Origin: Candidatus Falkowbacteria bacterium
Lineage (GTDB): Bacteria > Patescibacteriota > Patescibacteriia > CAIXNZ01
DNA length: 64,000 nt
Reading direction: 5' to 3'
Assembly: GCA_963774955.1 (NCBI GenBank)
Contig: CAVZGV010000003.1
Span: 256,771 to 320,770 of the forward strand
Below the pieces are notes generated by a model. It saw only the letters and a program-made list of their open reading frames with translations, was not told the DNA's origin and made no database searches. Below, in pieces: positions 36,634-47,400 of this stretch (position 1 is its first letter; the number at the start of each line of letters is the position of its first letter). The position numbers were made by a program, and so were the translations under genes.

Positions 36634-39600
36634 ATGATAAATCCAAGGAAAATCAGACAAAAAGTGGTTTTCTTGAAGTTTTTTAGTTTTAAAACTAAGC
36701 TTATTTTAAGTTTGGTTTTTGTTTTAATTATCGCTATCATCTTCTCAGTTAATTACTTTGTCCCGGTCAGCGCGGACAATTTCTTAGTGACTGAAAATTT
36801 TACCACTGATACTTTGAAAGATGCGAATGCCACTACTGGTATTTGGGACACTACTTTGAATCAAGCTCGGTTGTTAGGTAAAGATTGGATTAATATGGAG
36901 GAAACTAAAGATACTTACGGACCGTTTACAACTTTAACCGATTCTGTGTTGAATTATAATATTACTTATGATACAAGTGCAAATCCTTATATTGTTTGGG
37001 TGTCAAATGGAGTGGGCGGGGTTGGCGATGTTTATTTTACCAAATGGACGCCCGGGACAGGCTGGACAGGTATGGACTGTATCTCAGCGTATGACAATAT
37101 TTCCAGCTCCACAGCACTTTCTTCGCAGCCTAAAATAAAATTAGACGGCGCCGACGATCCGATTATAATTTGGTCTGAAAGTTCGACTTCGACTGATATC
37201 TATTTAGCTCATTGGGATAGCGGTAATAACCGCTGGGCCAATATGGCGGGTAATGCGAGTGCTCCCGAAAACATCAGCCAAGATTCAGTTAATAACACTT
37301 TTTTTACCCTGGAAGTAGATGGTACTGGTAAACCGGCCATTGTTTTTACTAGAAATGTGGGCCCAACTATAAATGATTTGTATTTTACGACTTGGAATGG
37401 CACAACATGGACCGGTGCGGACGGGGTTGATACTGATTTTAATCCTTTAATCTATGAAAACGATAAGATATCTGATTCCTCTACCAGTTATGGCAATGAA
37501 AATATTAAGTTGAGATTTAACAGTTTGAACGAACCCTATATTGCTTGGTGGCAAATAATTGTTAGTCCGACCAGAGTCTTATTTACAAAATGGACACCCG
37601 CAGTTGGTTGGACGCATATGGACGGAACTACATTAGGTTTTGAACCAATCAGCGATCTTACCAAGGTAGGTTCCCAGCCTAATTTGGAGATGGGTACTGA
37701 TGATTTTCCTTATATTACTTATGTGGAAGCTCCCGTTGGCGGTGGCCCTAGTTCAAATTTAGAAATATTATTTGCCCATTGGACCGGTTCAGGCTGGTAC
37801 GGTATGGATGGAATAGTTTTACGTGATAATGTTTCTATAAACACCAGTTCATCGCAGGTACCTCAGATGAAACTTGATGCCGGGAATAACCCCATTGTTA
37901 TTTGGCGCGATACTACTCCACCCGGAGGTGGCGCAGTTACCCAATTAGAAGTCTACTTACGCAAATGGACAGGTGTTGCCTGGACGGCCATGGATGGTAT
38001 TGCTACCTATGATAATATCTCAAATACTCCTGCCGCCAGGTCATATACTTATAATTTAGCTGTAGATAGTACGGGTGAGCCAAATCTTTTCTGGGGAGAC
38101 GGTCCTTCATCTTTGTTAAATTATTATTTCACCCGCTGGGTGGTTGGTAGTGGTTGGGAAAAAATTGACGGTACTTTAGGCCAAGATGCGGTATTGTCCG
38201 GTGCCGCGATTAATAGTTTTTCAGTTGGACCCGATGATACCCCCTATGTTTTATTTGCAGATCCACCGTCAACTGGACAGCCACAGCTGATCAAAGGTAA
38301 AGATATTTATGCGTCTACTTCTGATATTGTTTCTTTGAATATGAATACAGGTTCTGATTTCGTAGTATCGGCCAAGATTTCCGCGGCGGAAACTCTTAAT
38401 GGCCAAACAGTAAATTATTTTTTATCCAATGACGGTGGCGCTACTTGGGAGGTTGTCAGTAATAATGTGGCGCATGATTTTATTACCTCTCATGGTTTTG
38501 ATTTGCGCTGGAAAGCGGAACTGGTGACAATTTTGAATTCGGTTACACCTGTAGTTGATGATCTGGACATTACTTATAGAACAAAAAAAATATTCTGCAG
38601 TCTTTCTCCGACTTCTGTACTTCAGGGACAGCCGGTGACTATTGCAGCGACTACCAGTTTTGTGCCTGGTGCAGTTTGGGCTACGGTGGAAAAAAACGGT
38701 GAGGTTTTAAGCACGGTAACAATGAATAATGTCGGTGGCAATAACTTTAGCGTTAATTACAGTACCGCGGGAACCAATTTAGGTAGAAATGACGTGGCAG
38801 TATTTGCCTCCAATGCCACAGATACTTATGTCTGTAATCCTTCTACCGGTGTTGACTGGCAGCGGATGTCAACCAATGATATCCCTTGGGACCCACGGAC
38901 TTTTCACGGCTCTGTCAGTTTGGGAAATTATATTTATCTCTTTGGAGGTTTATCGGACAGATTTTTAAGTGATGTTTGGCGTTCTCAAGATGGTTATAAT
39001 TGGCAGCAGATGCCTGATGCCCCCTGGGCCGCAAGAGGGATGTTTGATCCTATTGTTTTTAACGACAAAATTTGGGTCATGGGCGGTCGAAGTTATGTTT
39101 ACTTAAGCTCTCCAGTGAACTACGGTGATGTCTGGTATAGCTCAGACGGCCAATCATGGACACAATCAACTAATGATCTGCCGTCATCACCTGCAGTTAC
39201 CCGCAGGACTTATGCCTCGACAGTTTTTAATAATAAATTATGGATTTCCGGCGGCAATTCAGGCGGGCCTACCAATGATGTCTGGTATAATGATGATCCC
39301 ATAACTAATGCCTGGGTTCAGGCGACACCAGCTGCCAGCTGGTCAGTTAGGACTCTTCATCAAATGGTTACTTTTGATAATAAAATGTGGGTAATGGGTG
39401 GCAATGGTCCTTTAAACGATATCTGGCATTCAACAGACGGTGTTAATTGGTATGATACTTTTTGCCAGGGAGGAGTTGATGACGGCCAAGCCTGTGTTAT
39501 TGGCGGGGATTGCGATTCAAGTTCTTGTTTGTCAGAAACAGCAGCCTGGCCTGCCAGAGTAGATTTTCAAGCCTTGGTTTTTGATGAAGATGGTAGCGGG

Positions 39601-42600
39601 CCTCAGCCGGAAAAAATGTGGGTCATGGGCGGTGCTGATTTCCTAGCTGAAGGCAGAACAAATTATAACGATGTTTGGTCCTCCGTAGACGGATCAACCT
39701 GGATTTTAAGAAGCAATCCGCTTTGGACGGCATCTTATCCGTTAAATTCCGCACCCGCAACCTGGGAAATGTGGTCAGCCAGAAATGGACTTCAGGTAGT
39801 TAAGCATAATAACGGTGCAGGGGATAAGTTATATTTATTAGGAGGTTATGAATATCGAGCTGCATCTCAAAATGATGTTTGGATTTCCAGTGACGGTTCA
39901 AATTGGGATATATTAAATACTTCATATAATGCTCCGTTTTCGCCAAGATTTAATACAAAAATAATTGATTTTAAACCTGCTTTAGGCACTGATCAACTTT
40001 GGTTATTAGGGGGTAAGACCAGGAGTGGGGGATTAGCTAATGATATTTGGAGTACTGCTGACGGACGGACTTGGTCATTAAAGGTTGATAATGGTATAAC
40101 GCCCTGGTCTGCACGTTTTGGCCACAACGTGTTTACTTTTGATAATAAATTATGGATTTTAGGCGGTTGCGCCAATGATAAAGAAAGAGCAGATCCAAAT
40201 ACTCAGCCTCAACCCGGAGCATATTGCTTGGGCAAATGTGACGGTGGCACTAATAATGGTGCTTATTGTAATGTAGCAACTGATTGTAATTCCTTTAAAT
40301 GCAAATGGCAGGGATTAAATGATATTTGGAATTCAAATGACGGAGAAAATTGGACTTGTGTTGTTGGTAGCGGCTGTCCTAATCCTGTGGCCTGGGCTGG
40401 ACGCTATGGCCAGACAGTGGCAACTTATAATGGCAAAATATATTTAATAGGTGGCATTACCCGCGGAGCCTGTTTAGGTGCTCCTGTGTTAGGTTCGGCT
40501 TGTACTGGCAATGCTCAATGCGTTGCCGGTGGCGGAACTCAATGTGCGGGCGTGTGTTTGTCAGGTACAAATGCTGGAAATCCTTGTCTTAATGATGCTG
40601 CTTGTGGGGGAAATAAATGTTCTAATTATGCTAACGTTTTTAATCGGGATGTTTTATCTTCCTCAAACGGCTATACTTGGACACAAGAAATTGCTAGTGC
40701 TCCCTGGCCTCTAAGATATAATTCCAGCGCTATTAGTTTTAATGACGGTTATGCAGAGAAATTATATTTTTTTGGTGGTTATTATGTAGGTCCTATATAT
40801 TACAACGATGTTTGGTGGACAACTGATGGCGCTACCTGGCGCAATACTTTTTGCCAAGGGGGGATCTATGAAGGCAAGGCTTGTATTATCGCTGGTGATT
40901 GCGGTACTGGAATTTGTGCTGCTAAGACAGCTGAATGGCCGGGTAGAATGACATTTGCCCTCCAAAAATATAATGATAAATTATGGGTTTATTCTGGTCA
41001 GACTTTGGGAGATATTCCTGGGCCGGGAACCCAGTTATTACCAGCTCTTTGGACAAATGATGTTTGGTGGTCAAATAACGGTTCTTTTTGGACTCAAGCA
41101 AATAATACGGCTGAGTTTCCTGGCCGTGATTATTTTACTTCTGCAGTTTTTGATAATCGTTTATTTTTGACTGGTGGTGATTCAAACTGGGGCACTATGA
41201 ATGATGTCTGGGCCTCAAGTTATGATTATAGCAGTATGAATTTTACCGTGAGTTCGGCACCCGGTTCAACCGGTTCGAGTTGTACAGATACAGTGCCGGA
41301 AGATCCCGGAGATGTTGTGGCTCCGTCTTTGCCCTGTGTAGCTACTAGCTCAGCAGCCATTGACTGGGATTTTGTGGATAATGCGGCCTGTGAAATGGGA
41401 TACAGACTTTATGACGCTGCTACGGATGTCAGAATAAAATATGTAGAACAGCCGAATTTGAGTTTAATTTCGGAAACCGGTTTGGATGTAAATAATCAAT
41501 ATAGCCGCTATGTCACAGCATATAATGCGGCCGGCGAATCAGCCGCAACCACAGCTGCCAGCTGTTTTACCCTGGCCAAAGTGCCGAATAAGCCGATCAT
41601 TTTAAGCGCCAACGAAAATGAAATAATATTGCAAATAGATCCTAATGACGGTAATCCCGTGGGTACAGAATATGAAATCAAGGAACTATTGACTAACCAA
41701 TTTGTTCAGGCCGACGGAACCTTTGGAGCCGGAGAAACCTGGCAAACTTATGATAATTGGGGAGGCGACAGCGGATTAGCAGTTATCGGTGAATTGCCAG
41801 CAGCAGAACAGCCGCTATATGAGGAACCATATCAACAGCCTGATTTAAATAATAATGAAAATATTAATGCCGCCTTTCATATTAGTTTAACCAGCGGCCA
41901 GAATTATAATTTTACCGTGCAGGCGAAAAACGGCGACGGGATACCAACGGGATTTTCGGCAACTACTTCTGCTACTACAGTTACGACAGGGCCTGGAACA
42001 GTTTTAGCACCGAATGTAGGCGCAGAGAAAGGCGTATTCAAAAAAATAACCTGGCATTCTTCCTTTGGTCTTTTTAATGTTGCTCTGGCCAGCAATAAAT
42101 TGTTAATTAATGCGAGCGGACCAATTAGTCACGTGTTGGCAGTTTTGTCCTGGTTGTTGAATCTAACGTTGTTGATTTTATTAGTTATGTTAGGTTTGAG
42201 TCTGTACCAGACCTTAAAATATCTTAAACATGAAATTAAGTACCCTGATACGTTCCGATTAATCTGGTCAATTTTAAGCAGGGAAGCGCAGCATAGTTAT
42301 AAAAGTGATGCTTTAAGGACAGCAGACGGTGTTTATTATATAAGTGCTTTTGGGCAACATAAAAAACTGCAGAATTTAAGTCAACAGACTTTTAAAGGTA
42401 CTTTAGCGGCTATGGGTATAAAATTGATAATATTGGGAACATTATTTACGGGGCTGATCACTGTAAATCACAGTAGCTTAGCGCTTCTGCAGCCATATAA
42501 TTTGGGCGGGGAGACTTTAAAAGTTGGTGATGTTTTGACTTATGATTTGGAGGTTTCTAATAAAGGTACGGCTCCGGCTCAAAATATCGTCATCAAAGAT

Positions 42601-44091
42601 ACTCTGAGTAATTATTTAACTTTTCGTAATGGCACTAGCGGTTTGAATTTTGACGTAAATACTAACACAGTAACTTTTACCCTTCCAAGTATGCAAGTTA
42701 ATGGGTTGGCTAATTTTATTATTAATGTGGTTGTTAAGAAAGGCAGCGAAGGGAAGGTCATTATTAATCAGGCTCAAGTTTCAGGCGATAATTTTATGAC
42801 GGTTTCCACTAATATAGTCCGCAATGAAGTCGAACCCGCAGTTTTATCTCTTTGCGGGAATAATAAAATTGATCCTGGTGAACAGTGTGATCCGACAGGC
42901 TGTGCCAGTGATGAACGTTGTGTTTCTTGCCGTTGCCAGCCAATTCCGCCAGCCCCGGTTTGCGGAAACAGCATAGTTGAAACAGGAGAACAGTGCGATA
43001 ATACTGCCTGCGGAGCAGATCAGATATGCAGTAATTGCGCCTGTCTGCCAGTCGCCATCCCGCCGGTTATCCCGCCAATTCCGCCTGTCATCCCGCCGCC
43101 AGTCACACCACCTGGCACTCTACCGCCAGGCACTCCTCCGGGCACTTTACCACCATCAACACCGCCGGGGATCCCGCTAATCACGCCGATAATCAGTTCC
43201 ATTTCAGGCGTCATCGACCAAATAGTGTCGGAACAGTTAAAGGAATTCATGGATAATTCGCAAGTTGAACAAACGAGCCAGAATGTCGTGACGCCGATAT
43301 TGTTGGGCTTAGCGCTATTAAATACAGTGCCATTAATCTTGGCTTTGAGTATTTACCTGTTGCCGTATCTGCATCTGCTTTTCCTGGAGCCGTTATTAAT
43401 TTTGTTCGGCAAGAAAAGGAAAAAGTGGGGCGTAGTTTACAATTCACTGAGTAAAGTGCCTGTTGATTTGGCTTTGGTAAGATTGTACCGTAAAAATGAT
43501 AATATGCTGGTGCAGACTAGGGTAACGGATAAGGAAGGCAGATATATCATAATCGCCAAAGAACCTGGTAAATATTACCTGAGCGTCACTAAGCCTGGAT
43601 TTACCAGCCCAACAAAATATCTGAAAGATGAAAAACAAGATCTGAAATACCTAGATTTGTATCATGGAGAAATGCTTGAGATCACTGAAAAGGATGCGGT
43701 CATAACTGCCAATATACCATTGGATCCGGCAGAAAAGATGGCCTTGCCGCTCAAGGAAGTGCTTAGGAGCTATTTATTGAAAAATTTAAGGTTAATCATC
43801 TCGTATGTGGGCATTATTCTGGCCTTACTGATAGTGATCATTTATCCGACCGTAATTACCATTGGAGCTTTGATTTTGCATGTTATTTTATTCTTGATTT
43901 TCCGCAGGCTGATAGTGCCGGCCAAGCCCAAACGCTGGGGCATTGTTTATGATGCCGAAAACAAGGCGCCATTGCATCAGGCCGTGGTAAGAATTTTTGA
44001 CACGAAATTTAACAAGCTGCTGGAAACGCAGGTGACAGACCGCAAAGGACGTTATGCTTTCTTGTGGGAAAAAATGAATACCAGCTGTTGA
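36634..44091 (+). CDS. Giant cell-surface protein, paralog 1 (2485+ aa). Domains: N-terminal TM anchor, W-repeat beta-propeller, Kelch/Asp-box propellers with Cys-rich loops, FN3-like, DUF11/CARDB-like, two Myxo-type Cys-rich repeats, Pro-rich linker, and a C-terminal module of TM helices and CarboxypepD_reg-like domains
   Basis: The ORF is continuous. Kelch motifs (IYLFGG...NDVWRSQDGYNWQQ). An FN3-like region (LPCVATSSAAIDW...YSRYVTAYNAAGES). CGNNKIDPGEQCDPTGCASDERCVSCRCQ and VCGNSIVETGEQCD repeats. The CarbopepD_reg-like domain reads KKWGVVYNSLSKVPVDLALVRLY...TDKEGRYII. The reading frame breaks ~40 codons before the end (compare the paralogs), so the track ORF ends early at 44091. The homologous C-terminus continues in another frame to ~44190. 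Confidence 0.85.
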   Translation: MINPRKIRQKVVFLKFFSFKTKLILSLVFVLIIAIIFSVNYFVPVSADNFLVTENFTTDTLKDANATTGIWDTTLNQARLLGKDWINMEETKDTYGPFTTLTDSVLNYNITYDTSANPYIVWVSNGVGGVGDVYFTKWTPGTGWTGMDCISAYDNISSSTALSSQPKIKLDGADDPIIIWSESSTSTDIYLAHWDSGNNRWANMAGNASAPENISQDSVNNTFFTLEVDGTGKPAIVFTRNVGPTINDLYFTTWNGTTWTGADGVDTDFNPLIYENDKISDSSTSYGNENIKLRFNSLNEPYIAWWQIIVSPTRVLFTKWTPAVGWTHMDGTTLGFEPISDLTKVGSQPNLEMGTDDFPYITYVEAPVGGGPSSNLEILFAHWTGSGWYGMDGIVLRDNVSINTSSSQVPQMKLDAGNNPIVIWRDTTPPGGGAVTQLEVYLRKWTGVAWTAMDGIATYDNISNTPAARSYTYNLAVDSTGEPNLFWGDGPSSLLNYYFTRWVVGSGWEKIDGTLGQDAVLSGAAINSFSVGPDDTPYVLFADPPSTGQPQLIKGKDIYASTSDIVSLNMNTGSDFVVSAKISAAETLNGQTVNYFLSNDGGATWEVVSNNVAHDFITSHGFDLRWKAELVTILNSVTPVVDDLDITYRTKKIFCSLSPTSVLQGQPVTIAATTSFVPGAVWATVEKNGEVLSTVTMNNVGGNNFSVNYSTAGTNLGRNDVAVFASNATDTYVCNPSTGVDWQRMSTNDIPWDPRTFHGSVSLGNYIYLFGGLSDRFLSDVWRSQDGYNWQQMPDAPWAARGMFDPIVFNDKIWVMGGRSYVYLSSPVNYGDVWYSSDGQSWTQSTNDLPSSPAVTRRTYASTVFNNKLWISGGNSGGPTNDVWYNDDPITNAWVQATPAASWSVRTLHQMVTFDNKMWVMGGNGPLNDIWHSTDGVNWYDTFCQGGVDDGQACVIGGDCDSSSCLSETAAWPARVDFQALVFDEDGSGPQPEKMWVMGGADFLAEGRTNYNDVWSSVDGSTWILRSNPLWTASYPLNSAPATWEMWSARNGLQVVKHNNGAGDKLYLLGGYEYRAASQNDVWISSDGSNWDILNTSYNAPFSPRFNTKIIDFKPALGTDQLWLLGGKTRSGGLANDIWSTADGRTWSLKVDNGITPWSARFGHNVFTFDNKLWILGGCANDKERADPNTQPQPGAYCLGKCDGGTNNGAYCNVATDCNSFKCKWQGLNDIWNSNDGENWTCVVGSGCPNPVAWAGRYGQTVATYNGKIYLIGGITRGACLGAPVLGSACTGNAQCVAGGGTQCAGVCLSGTNAGNPCLNDAACGGNKCSNYANVFNRDVLSSSNGYTWTQEIASAPWPLRYNSSAISFNDGYAEKLYFFGGYYVGPIYYNDVWWTTDGATWRNTFCQGGIYEGKACIIAGDCGTGICAAKTAEWPGRMTFALQKYNDKLWVYSGQTLGDIPGPGTQLLPALWTNDVWWSNNGSFWTQANNTAEFPGRDYFTSAVFDNRLFLTGGDSNWGTMNDVWASSYDYSSMNFTVSSAPGSTGSSCTDTVPEDPGDVVAPSLPCVATSSAAIDWDFVDNAACEMGYRLYDAATDVRIKYVEQPNLSLISETGLDVNNQYSRYVTAYNAAGESAATTAASCFTLAKVPNKPIILSANENEIILQIDPNDGNPVGTEYEIKELLTNQFVQADGTFGAGETWQTYDNWGGDSGLAVIGELPAAEQPLYEEPYQQPDLNNNENINAAFHISLTSGQNYNFTVQAKNGDGIPTGFSATTSATTVTTGPGTVLAPNVGAEKGVFKKITWHSSFGLFNVALASNKLLINASGPISHVLAVLSWLLNLTLLILLVMLGLSLYQTLKYLKHEIKYPDTFRLIWSILSREAQHSYKSDALRTADGVYYISAFGQHKKLQNLSQQTFKGTLAAMGIKLIILGTLFTGLITVNHSSLALLQPYNLGGETLKVGDVLTYDLEVSNKGTAPAQNIVIKDTLSNYLTFRNGTSGLNFDVNTNTVTFTLPSMQVNGLANFIINVVVKKGSEGKVIINQAQVSGDNFMTVSTNIVRNEVEPAVLSLCGNNKIDPGEQCDPTGCASDERCVSCRCQPIPPAPVCGNSIVETGEQCDNTACGADQICSNCACLPVAIPPVIPPIPPVIPPPVTPPGTLPPGTPPGTLPPSTPPGIPLITPIISSISGVIDQIVSEQLKEFMDNSQVEQTSQNVVTPILLGLALLNTVPLILALSIYLLPYLHLLFLEPLLILFGKKRKKWGVVYNSLSKVPVDLALVRLYRKNDNMLVQTRVTDKEGRYIIIAKEPGKYYLSVTKPGFTSPTKYLKDEKQDLKYLDLYHGEMLEITEKDAVITANIPLDPAEKMALPLKEVLRSYLLKNLRLIISYVGIILALLIVIIYPTVITIGALILHVILFLIFRRLIVPAKPKRWGIVYDAENKAPLHQAVVRIFDTKFNKLLETQVTDRKGRYAFLWEKMNTSC

Positions 44092-44241
44092 CGGAAAAAG
44101 AAGGTTACAAACCCAGGGAAGTTAAGCCGGTTGATCTGGTTAAAAATGAGGAGATTGTCAATTTGGATGTCGGATTGAGTAAAAATTGATATCGGAATCA
44201 CCTGCCTACGCCAAGGCTTCGGCAGGCAGGCGGAAATTGAT

Positions 44242-44264
44242 TCACGAAAATACACGAAAACGAA
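44242..44264. repeat. CACGAAAA motif pair (TCACGAAAATACACGAAAACGAA)
   Basis: Third locus of the same motif family. It follows an imperfect hairpin (CCTGCC...GGCAGG, 44195-44232) downstream of giant gene 1. Confidence 0.4.
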
Positions 44265-44428
44265 TACTGGAACGAAAACTGGATTTAGTGTATTTCGTTA
44301 TAACTTTATAATTCATTTATCCAATATTAAAAGCTCCCATTATTGTGGTTGGAGGAGTTTTTATATTGGCGATTTTTATTTTGGCTAGTTTTAGCCAGAT
44401 GATATAATAAAATTGTAATCAAAGACAC

Positions 44429-47400
44429 ATGCTGAACCCAAGGAAAATCAGACAAAATATGTTTTTCTTGAAATTTTTTAGTTTTAAAACTAAGCTCATT
44501 TTGAGTTTGGTTTTTGTTTTAATTATTGTAGTTACTTTGGGTTATAATTATTTTCAATCTGTTAACGCGGAAAATGTGTCGTTTACTGAAACATTCTCCA
44601 CACTTGCTAATAAAGATGTTAATATCACAACCGGCAAATGGGATACGGTTTTGGGGCTAGCGAGATTGCTGGGTAAAGACTGGGTTAATATGGCGGAAAC
44701 AAAAGATGGCTTAGAAACCATTAGTTCCAGTGGTATCAATTACATTTACGACGTTGAATATGATTCAGCGGGCAATCCTTATATAGTGGGTATAGATAAA
44801 AGTAGGGGCAGAAATTTGCCGTTTTTTGTCAAATGGACGCCCAGTATGGGCTGGACCAATATGGCAGAAACAATTGCAGGCCAGGAAATTTTATATGATA
44901 CGGGATTTTCTGCGTCTTCCCCAGAACTTGCTTTAGATAGTAATGATAATCCCTATCTTATCTGGGGTCAGCTTATTCCACCGTCTGGATCTGAAGCGGA
45001 CATCTTTTTTACTAAATGGTCGCCCTCTGCCTGCGGCGGAGCAGGTTGTTGGACAAATATGGCGGGAACAACCGCTGGTCCGGAAGAAATTGCGCATAAC
45101 GGCTATCGTTATAATATTGTGAATGATATTAAAATTGATTCCAGCAATTATCCCCAAGTGCTTTATAGTCTTGATATGACAGGATCAAATATTCATGATT
45201 TGTTTTTTTCCAGATGGAATGGCGCAAGCTGGACCAAAGCTAATGGTATTGACGCTGACAGTGATCCTGCGACTTATGAAAGTGATAATATTACTAACAC
45301 TCCTGCTGCTGATGATCAATTGGCTGGTTTAAATTTAGTTAATGATAATCCTTATGTCGCTTGGTATGGCTTTTCAAATACAGATGTACTTTTTAGCAAA
45401 TGGACTCCCGGGTTAGGTTTGTGCGCTGATCCCGTGGGTTGCTGGACAAATATGCAGGAAACAATTTTAGGGCCGGAAAAGGTTGATCAGCCAAATGTCG
45501 TAGGTTACCCAGGCACTTATTTTTCCGCACCAAAAAATAATTTTAAAATCGCTACCGACAATAATGTTTATATTAGCTGGTCTTATGAGACTCCTGCGGC
45601 TGTACCCGGCCAGCCACTAGACGTTTATATCAGAAAAGGCATAGCAGGTGTTGGTTGGAGTCAGATTGATAATTCTCCCGGCTATACAAATGTTTCTAAT
45701 AGTGCCCTTGACAATTCAAATTTAAAGGGTTTTTCACTGGATTCAGCTAATAATCCTAATGTTATCTGGGGGGAAAGACCTGGCGGATGGGGTGGTACAA
45801 ATAACGATGTCTATTTTGCTCGTTGGAATGGTTCTTCTTGGGTAAAAATGGATGGTACTCCGGCTCCAGAAAATATAACGAATTCAGCAGATACTATTAC
45901 AGCGCCTGAATTTATTGTTTTAGATTCTTTTAATACGCCCTATGTTTTGTATTATGAATCAAGCGGAAGACAGCTAAAAAAATGGAGCGGTTCAATCTGG
46001 GGGAAGATGGATGGTAGTGCCGGATATGAATTATTAACCCCTCCTTCTGTAGCTGTAAGATCTTTGGATATAATTAACAGCAATCCTCAGTTTATCGGTG
46101 ATAATAACGTTGTCGAATCAGCATATTTTAGTAAATATCTACCGACATATAATACTACTTCAACTATTCAGTCAGTAAATGTTAGTACCGCCGGTACGGA
46201 TTTTATCAAGAGCGCAGCTTTAACCGCGAACCAAACACTTAACGGCCAAAATATTATTTATTCAATTTCAAATGATGGCGGTGCGACTTGGACAATTGTG
46301 CCAGGTACGGGCACTCTGTTAGATTTTAGTACTGCTGGCAATGATTTACGCTGGAAGGCAGATTTGCAAGGAACTTCTTCGGTTACGCCGATAATTAATG
46401 ATTTATCTCTTAGTTATCAGACCAGAAAAATCACTTGTAGTCTGACCCCAAACTCAGTTTTACAGGGACAGTCGGTGACTATTTCCGCAAGCACTGGTTT
46501 TGCGGCTCCGAAGGTCTGGGCAACTGTGGAAAAAGACGGTTCAGTTTTAAGTACCGTAGATCTTGTCGGTGGGCCTAATAATTGGAGTTATCAGTTTCCG
46601 ACTGGTAGCCAGAATTTTGGGCAAAATGATGTGGCCGTGTTTACTACAGATGGAACTGATACCTTTGTCTGCAATCCTTCAACAGGCGCTGATTGGCAGA
46701 TGATGACCAAGGAAGATATTCCCTGGGATAGGCGGTATACTCATAGTGCTGTTTCGTTTAATAATCGTTTGTTTGTTATGGGTGGGATAACTGATCGTAA
46801 TCAGAATGATATCTGGTATTCAGCTGACAATGGAGTCAATTGGACCGGTCCGGCCACAGCCGCCTGGAGTCCCAGAAGCTATTTTGGTTTGGTTAATTTT
46901 CAAGGTCAATTGTGGCTATTGGGTGGGTCATATATGGAAGACACTGCTAATGATGTCCCGAGTACTACTACTTATAATGATATTTGGGTTTCTAGTAATG
47001 GCCTTAATTGGACTCCAAGCACTCCTGCAAATGCGCCATGGATCGGACGTTTAGGTTTTGGGTCTACGGTTTATGATGGCAAAATTTGGATAGCGGGAGG
47101 TTATGATTATTTGTCCGCTACTTATATGAATGATGTTTGGTCTTTTGATGGTACAACCTGGGTAAATGAAACCACTCTTCCGACCGGACGTTATGGGCTG
47201 CAATTGGCTGCTTGGGATGAAGATGGAAGCGGACTAGAACCTGAAAAATTATGGGTTATTGCCGGCCGTAGTACAGGCGGTGTGAGGGAAGAAGATGTTC
47301 ATTCTTATGATACTATTTCTGGCTGGAATTGTGTTGCCGGTCCAGTCGCTTATGGTTGTCCGGCCGCTTCAATTCCTGCTTGGGGAGCGCCTCCAGTCGT

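Noticed and set aside
42774-43256. Small overlapping ORFs in both strands within the Pro-rich linker regions of the giant genes (also 50665-51153 and 57677-58165)
   Set aside because: These are a consequence of the GC-rich CCGCCG/CCACCA codon repeats encoding the Pro-Gly-Thr linker. The identical copies in genes 2 and 3 reflect the duplicated block, not conserved genes.
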